DNA from: Leptonemataceae bacterium
GTDB taxonomy: Bacteria > Spirochaetota > Leptospiria > Leptospirales > Leptonemataceae
Length of the DNA: 64,000 nucleotides
Assembly (NCBI GenBank): GCA_965227295.1
Contig: OZ245742.1
Span: 4,576,001-4,640,000 of the forward strand
Direction: 5' to 3'
The notes beneath the pieces were generated by a model. It did not search any database. It was not told the DNA's origin and saw only the letters and a list, made by a program, of their open reading frames with translations. The translations under genes were made by a program, and so were the position numbers. This document shows positions 59,431-64,000 of the stretch, piece after piece (within the stretch, counting starts at the first letter, position 1; each line of letters begins with the position of its first letter).

Positions 59431-60360
59431 TTAGAACGGTTCCGCGTTCCGGATGGCCTCTTCGATTTCCTTGAGCTGCGTGGAGATGCGCGCGTCGATG
59501 GAGCCGACGTCGGTTTCGATGACGCAACCACCGCGGTCGATGCGGGAATCCTCGTAGATGTTGACCTTGCGGAGGGATTCCATCATCTTGATGAGTTCGT
59601 CTTTGTGTGCCGTGGTAAGTTCCAGGTCGGCAAAGTTAACGCGGATATCGACGCGGTCGCGATCCTTAATGCGTTTCAGGGCTTCGCGGATGTTGTTGAG
59701 AACGACCTCTTTCCGTTCGACGACCTCGTCTTTGATGACCTTGCGCGCGATCATGAGGATCATGTCCACCATCTGCTTTTCGGAAGCGGCGATGATTTCT
59801 TCGCGCACGTCGATGGCCTGGCCGACGATGGTGCCGAGACGATCGATGAGACGGCGAACCTCGGCCTGGCCTTTCTTGAAACCCACTTCCCGGCCGGCGT
59901 CGTAGCCCTTCTGGTAGGCCTCGTGTTCGATCTCGGCGACGCGCATCTCGGCTTCTTTGACCATGCGCTCGACTTCGAGTTTCGCGCGTTCGATGATCTG
60001 ATCGGCGTTGAGGCGCGCGGCCTCGTCTTCACGCTTGGCTTTCTCTTTGGATTCCTGAATTAAGTTAAAGGCGACGGCCTTGCCTTCTTCTTCGATTTGT
60101 TTCGCGCGTTCGTGGGCTTCTTCAAGTTCCTTCTGGATACGCTCTTCGGTTTCCTGGCGATAACGTTCCAGCTCGGCTTCGATCTCTTCGATCGTCGGAC
60201 CGTGGTACTGCTCAATGACGTTGCCCTCGGCGTCGACCTCGTACTCGTCGGCCTCGTCGATGCCCTGATACTTCTTGTACTTGTCGGGGATTTCCAGGTC
60301 GACGGAGTCCTGGATGTTGGAGATTTGAACGGGTTTGAAGACGAGATTCTGTGTGGCCAT
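59431..60360 (-). CDS. fliH: Flagellar assembly protein FliH
   Basis: Coiled coil; AYQKGYDAGREVGFKKG GxxxG repeats; DSRIDRGGCVIETDVGSIDARI. Confidence 0.93.
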   Translation of the reverse strand: MATQNLVFKPVQISNIQDSVDLEIPDKYKKYQGIDEADEYEVDAEGNVIEQYHGPTIEEIEAELERYRQETEERIQKELEEAHERAKQIEEEGKAVAFNLIQESKEKAKREDEAARLNADQIIERAKLEVERMVKEAEMRVAEIEHEAYQKGYDAGREVGFKKGQAEVRRLIDRLGTIVGQAIDVREEIIAASEKQMVDMILMIARKVIKDEVVERKEVVLNNIREALKRIKDRDRVDIRVNFADLELTTAHKDELIKMMESLRKVNIYEDSRIDRGGCVIETDVGSIDARISTQLKEIEEAIRNAEPF

Positions 60361-60565
60361 AGACCGTGATCCGTTTAGTACGAGATTTCGGCGCGCGCTT
60401 GCAATGCGAGACGGCGCACTGTGTACTTTATCGGTACATTTCGTCCAGGAAATAGCAAGAGTTTCGGCGGATGAGCGAGGAAATATTTTCGGGAACTTAC
60501 GTTAAGTACTGCTCGTTTTTTGGGGAACCGGGAGGGGACATAATGTCATAGTACAACGGATCTGA

Positions 60566-61057
60566 TCATCCGGATTTACGCCGCGCCGCGTTCTTCTTTT
60601 TACCGGCCGCCTTTTTCTTAACTTTCTTGCCCGGCTTCTTAGCGCCGGCCTTCTTCTTTTTCGCGGCCGCTTTCTTCTTACGTTTCGGCACCGACAACTC
60701 GTAGCCCGCGCGCAGAATTTTCTCCAGCTCCATCCAGTCCACCTTTACCGGCCCGTCCTTGCTTTCCAGGCGCACACCGACCCATCCCTTCGGCCCCATG
60801 TACGGCGGCCGGAAAAACCGCGCCGGATTTTTTTCGATCAAGTGCTCCTGCGCGAGCGGCGGCGCCTTCACCCACACGGCAATGTGTCCGCTGTCGTGAT
60901 GATCACAATCGCTCATGGCGAACATCGTCCCGCCGTCCACCCGGAACGTGGCCTCACCCCACGCTTCTTTTTCAAACGCATCCGGAAACGCAAGGATGAT
61001 CGTACGCAGTCTCGCGATTAACTTGTTACTGGAATCATATTTACGAACATGTGCCAT
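60566..61057 (-). CDS. MmcQ/YjbR family protein with Lys/Ala-rich tail
   Basis: FPDAFEKEAWG..TFRV, FFRPPYMGPKGWVGVRL, DW.EL. Confidence 0.82.
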   Translation of the reverse strand: MAHVRKYDSSNKLIARLRTIILAFPDAFEKEAWGEATFRVDGGTMFAMSDCDHHDSGHIAVWVKAPPLAQEHLIEKNPARFFRPPYMGPKGWVGVRLESKDGPVKVDWMELEKILRAGYELSVPKRKKKAAAKKKKAGAKKPGKKVKKKAAGKKKNAARRKSG

Positions 61058-61108
61058 ATCTGAGTACCTCTACCCGCGTGCTCGCGATGGGATTTGCGAC
61101 GTCTACGG

Positions 61109-62113
61109 CTAATCCTCCGTAGGATCCAATCCCTGAAACGAACCCTCATCCAACGTCAACGTATCTCCGCGCCATAACATACACGTCGTCTGTTCCTCCG
61201 CGCGCACGGGACAAACCGGCATCGAACAAAAGTTACAGTGCTCGCCGCTGCACGGATCGCTGTGCCAGGTCGCAAAGAGCGGCCGCCGCAGTTCGCGTTG
61301 CAGACCGGCAACGACTTTCGACTCGAGTTCGTGCAGTTCTTCTATAGTATAGTATCGCGGCACGATCATGTGAAAATGCAATTCCAGGCGCGGACCGGTT
61401 TCACGCAGGCGCAGTTGATGCGGCAGAATCATCTCCGGGCGGCGCACGGCCTGAAAGGCTTCCGCCGTTGCGGCCAGGGCCTCCGGTCGCACGCGGTCCA
61501 TGAGACGATCGAACGACTGCTTCAGGATTCGCACGCCGCTGCCGAAAATCCAGAGCGCCATGATCACCGCGAGAATCGGATCGAGGATCGCGAGATCCGT
61601 AAAGTATACGAGCAAGAGACCGCCGACCACCCCGGCGGATGTCACAACGTCCGAAAGCACGTGTTTGCCGTCGGCGACCAACGCATCGCTGTGCAAGCGC
61701 CGCCCGCGCCGAACTAAAAACCAGCCCAGGCCGAGATTCAACACCGACGCCCCCACGAGCAACACCAGGCCTTCGTCGAGACGATGCAGCGTTTGCCCGC
61801 CGATGATCTTCGGGATACTTGCGTAGAGAATAAAGATCGCCGCGAGTACAATGAGCGCGCCCTCGAAACCGGCGCTGAAGTACTCCAGACGTCCCTTGCC
61901 GAAGGGATGTTTTTGATCCGGGGCGTGGGAGCTCTGCCAGATCGCGTAGGCCGAAAACATCGCCGCCACGATGTTGTTGATGCTTTCCACGGCATCGGAA
62001 AAGATCGCCGCCGAATCGCTAACCACGTACCCCGCGAACTTAAGCCCGCAGATCAACAGGCCGCCCGCGACGGAAATTAACGCGGCACTCAGTTTTGCTC
62101 GATTGCTTTTCAT
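61109..62113 (-). CDS. Cation diffusion facilitator transporter
   Basis: SAAIFSDAVES, PDQKHPFGKGRLEY, ADGKHVLSD; Cys-rich C-terminus. Confidence 0.9.
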   Translation of the reverse strand: MKSNRAKLSAALISVAGGLLICGLKFAGYVVSDSAAIFSDAVESINNIVAAMFSAYAIWQSSHAPDQKHPFGKGRLEYFSAGFEGALIVLAAIFILYASIPKIIGGQTLHRLDEGLVLLVGASVLNLGLGWFLVRRGRRLHSDALVADGKHVLSDVVTSAGVVGGLLLVYFTDLAILDPILAVIMALWIFGSGVRILKQSFDRLMDRVRPEALAATAEAFQAVRRPEMILPHQLRLRETGPRLELHFHMIVPRYYTIEELHELESKVVAGLQRELRRPLFATWHSDPCSGEHCNFCSMPVCPVRAEEQTTCMLWRGDTLTLDEGSFQGLDPTED

Positions 62114-62173
62114 CTATCAGTATTGATTCGTAAAATTGCGACCCTTCGCAGGCCTCACGCTCGACATGCACGG

Positions 62174-62330
62174 CTCTTCGCGCGAGCGATGCGGAGGGGG
62201 CCGCGAAGCGGCCGACTCGCCGCAGGCGAGGCCGAGCGATGAGCGACGCCGGCAAGGTCCCGCTTGTCGGGACCGCGGCAGTTCGTATTCCCCCCGGAGC
62301 AGCGCGGTCGCCGAAGGTGACGCGCCCAAA
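62174..62330 (+). repeat. Dispersed GNA-hairpin repeat, copy 6 (longest)
   Basis: CTCTTCGCGCGAGCGAT...CCCGGAGCAGCGCGGTCGCC-GAA-GGTGACGCGCCCAAA; 3' end nearly identical to copy 1. Confidence 0.8.
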
Positions 62331-62413
62331 AAATCACCACCTCTTCTTATCCAGCTCGTGCCGGAAGTACAAATCGTACTTGCCGTGGCGGGCCGAGAAG
62401 TCAAGTTGTCGTT

Positions 62414-63217
62414 ATGTCGCAGCCCCCCTTGATCGTCGAGGAACACCCGAGCGAGTTCGGCGGTCGCGTGCTGACACTGAGATTCAATCGCCCCGAAGCG
62501 CGCAACGCCGTATCGTTCGCGTTGCTCGAAGAACTTGAAAAAGCCGTAGCCACCTTCAGCGCAGACGCCGGCGTTCGCGGCCTGGTCTTTACCGGCACGG
62601 GCATGGCATTCAGCGCCGGCGCCGATTTAAAAGAACGCGCCACCATGAGCGATGCCCAGGTGCGCGACTTTCTGAAGCGCATCAACAAACTCTTTCGAAA
62701 CATCGAAGACCTGCCGTATCCCACCGTCGCCGCGATCAACGGCTTTGCCCTGGGCGGCGGCCTGGAACTCGCGCTCTGCTGCGACTTTCGCTTTATGCAG
62801 GATACGGCCACCGTGGGTCTACCGGAAACTTCCCTGGGCATCATCCCCGGGGCCGGCGGTACGCAACGGCTCACGCGACTCATCGGCCTCGCCGCCGCGA
62901 AAGAACTCATCTACACCGCCGCGCGCATCGACGGCAAACACGCGTTGCAGATCGGCGTGGCCCAACGTTCGCTGCCGGCCGGCGATCCGGTGGACGCGGC
63001 GGCCCGGGCCTTTCTATTGCGCGAGGTCTGTCACAACGCGCCCATCGCCGTGCGCCAGGCCAAACTTGCAATCAATCGCGGTTACGACGCGAAGGACATC
63101 GACGCGGCGCTCAAAGTCGAACACGAGGCTTACGCCGTCACGATCCCCACGCAGGATCGCATGGAAGCCCTGGCCGCATTCAAGGAAAAGCGCAAGCCGA
63201 AATTCACCGGCGAGTAA
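62414..63217 (+). CDS. Enoyl-CoA hydratase/isomerase (methylglutaconyl-CoA hydratase-like)
   Basis: FSAGADLKER, ALGGGLELAL, LPETSLGIIPGAGGTQRL, EKRKPKF. Confidence 0.92.
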   Translation: MSQPPLIVEEHPSEFGGRVLTLRFNRPEARNAVSFALLEELEKAVATFSADAGVRGLVFTGTGMAFSAGADLKERATMSDAQVRDFLKRINKLFRNIEDLPYPTVAAINGFALGGGLELALCCDFRFMQDTATVGLPETSLGIIPGAGGTQRLTRLIGLAAAKELIYTAARIDGKHALQIGVAQRSLPAGDPVDAAARAFLLREVCHNAPIAVRQAKLAINRGYDAKDIDAALKVEHEAYAVTIPTQDRMEALAAFKEKRKPKFTGE

Positions 63218-63238
63218 GTTGCGCATCTAAAACACGTT

Positions 63239-63769
63239 ATGATTCTGACCGGACCCGAAATCAAGAAACACCTCGGCAAAGATATTATCATCGAACCTTA
63301 CGATGAAAACCTGCTGAACCCGAACTCCTACAACCTGCGTTTGCACGACGAGTTCCTCACTTACACGGAAAAGACCCTCGACATGAAGTCGCCCAATCCC
63401 ACGGAAAAATTCACCGTGGATCCGGAAGAAGGCCTGCTGCTGGAACCGGGCCGCCTGTACCTGGGCCGCACCATCGAATACACCGAGACTCACAACTTCG
63501 TCCCCATGCTCGAGGGCCGTTCTTCCGTGGGTCGCCTGGGGATGTTCGTGCACGTCACCGCCGGTTTCGGCGACGTCGGCTTCAAAGGCTACTGGACGCT
63601 GGAAATTTCGGCCATCCATCCCGTGCGCATCTACCCGGGCGTGGGCATCTGCCAGATCTTCTACCACGCGATTCAGGGCGACATCATCGAGTACAAGTCG
63701 AACAAGTACCAGAACAACCGCGAGATCCAGCCGAGTATGCTGTACAAGGATTTCTCGAACAAAAGTTAA
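63239..63769 (+). CDS. dcd: dCTP deaminase
   Basis: NPNSYNLRL, EGRSSVGRLG..VHVTAGFGDVGF.G..TLE, ICQI, KYQ. Confidence 0.92.
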   Translation: MILTGPEIKKHLGKDIIIEPYDENLLNPNSYNLRLHDEFLTYTEKTLDMKSPNPTEKFTVDPEEGLLLEPGRLYLGRTIEYTETHNFVPMLEGRSSVGRLGMFVHVTAGFGDVGFKGYWTLEISAIHPVRIYPGVGICQIFYHAIQGDIIEYKSNKYQNNREIQPSMLYKDFSNKS

Positions 63770-63822
63770 GGAACCGGTGGCGCCCCTGGACGCGGCGGGC
63801 CGATCGTGCTTATAATAAAGGC

Positions 63823-64000
63823 ATGGCTGCCCCCGCATCACAAAACGAGCACTGGCGCCGCGCCGCGAACCTGGCCCTTGCCCTTGCGATTCTCACCATC
63901 GTCTACAATCTCATCGAGGGCGTCATCGCCGTATACTTCGGCGCATCCGATGAAGCGCTCACTCTCTTCGGCTTCGGCGTGGACAGCTTCATCGAAGTAC
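63823..64000 (+). CDS. Cation transporter (CDF-related), 3'-truncated by the window edge
   Basis: Manual translation: MAAPASQNEHWRRAANLALALAILTIVYNLIEGVIAVYFGASDEALTLFGFGVDSFIEV. Confidence 0.75.
   Translation, partial: MAAPASQNEHWRRAANLALALAILTIVYNLIEGVIAVYFGASDEALTLFGFGVDSFIEV

Overview
High-GC bacterial chromosomal segment, most likely from a Leptospiraceae-like spirochaete. This is an inference from the FliH sequence type, a TRL-family lipoprotein, spirochaete-style lipoboxes and expanded SpoIIE/PP2C-TPR sensor phosphatases. It is densely coding. Housekeeping genes are ndh, rpsD, cysK, argH, ppk2, pcnB, rpsR, sucA, sucB, lpdA, rsmE, ppa, fliH and dcd, with three tRNAs (Leu-CAA, fMet, Met). 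No integrase, transposase, CRISPR array or rRNA was found. The most interesting signals: (1) a LytS/LytTR pair followed by 21-bp-phased LytTR-type boxes, a sigma70-like promoter and an operon of two exported FecR-domain paralogues with a C-terminal CxxCHxM motif plus the copper chaperones PCuAC and SCO, with no oxidase gene nearby; (2) six copies of a modular intergenic repeat (TCTTCGCG...GCGCCCAAA) built from hairpins with cGNAg triloops on one strand; (3) a recurring 16-bp palindrome TGTAGGARYTCCTACA, including copies inside rsmE; (4) an octaheme tetrathionate-reductase/YeeE/YeeE-rhodanese/cytochrome b operon between sucA and sucB, with a SoxY-like GGC tail; (5) a PI-PLC carrying a circularly permuted C-type lectin domain; (6) several apparent pseudo-enzymes (PP2C, CE7 esterase, GGDEF, PPK2). 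All calls come from reading motifs by eye; no searches were run.
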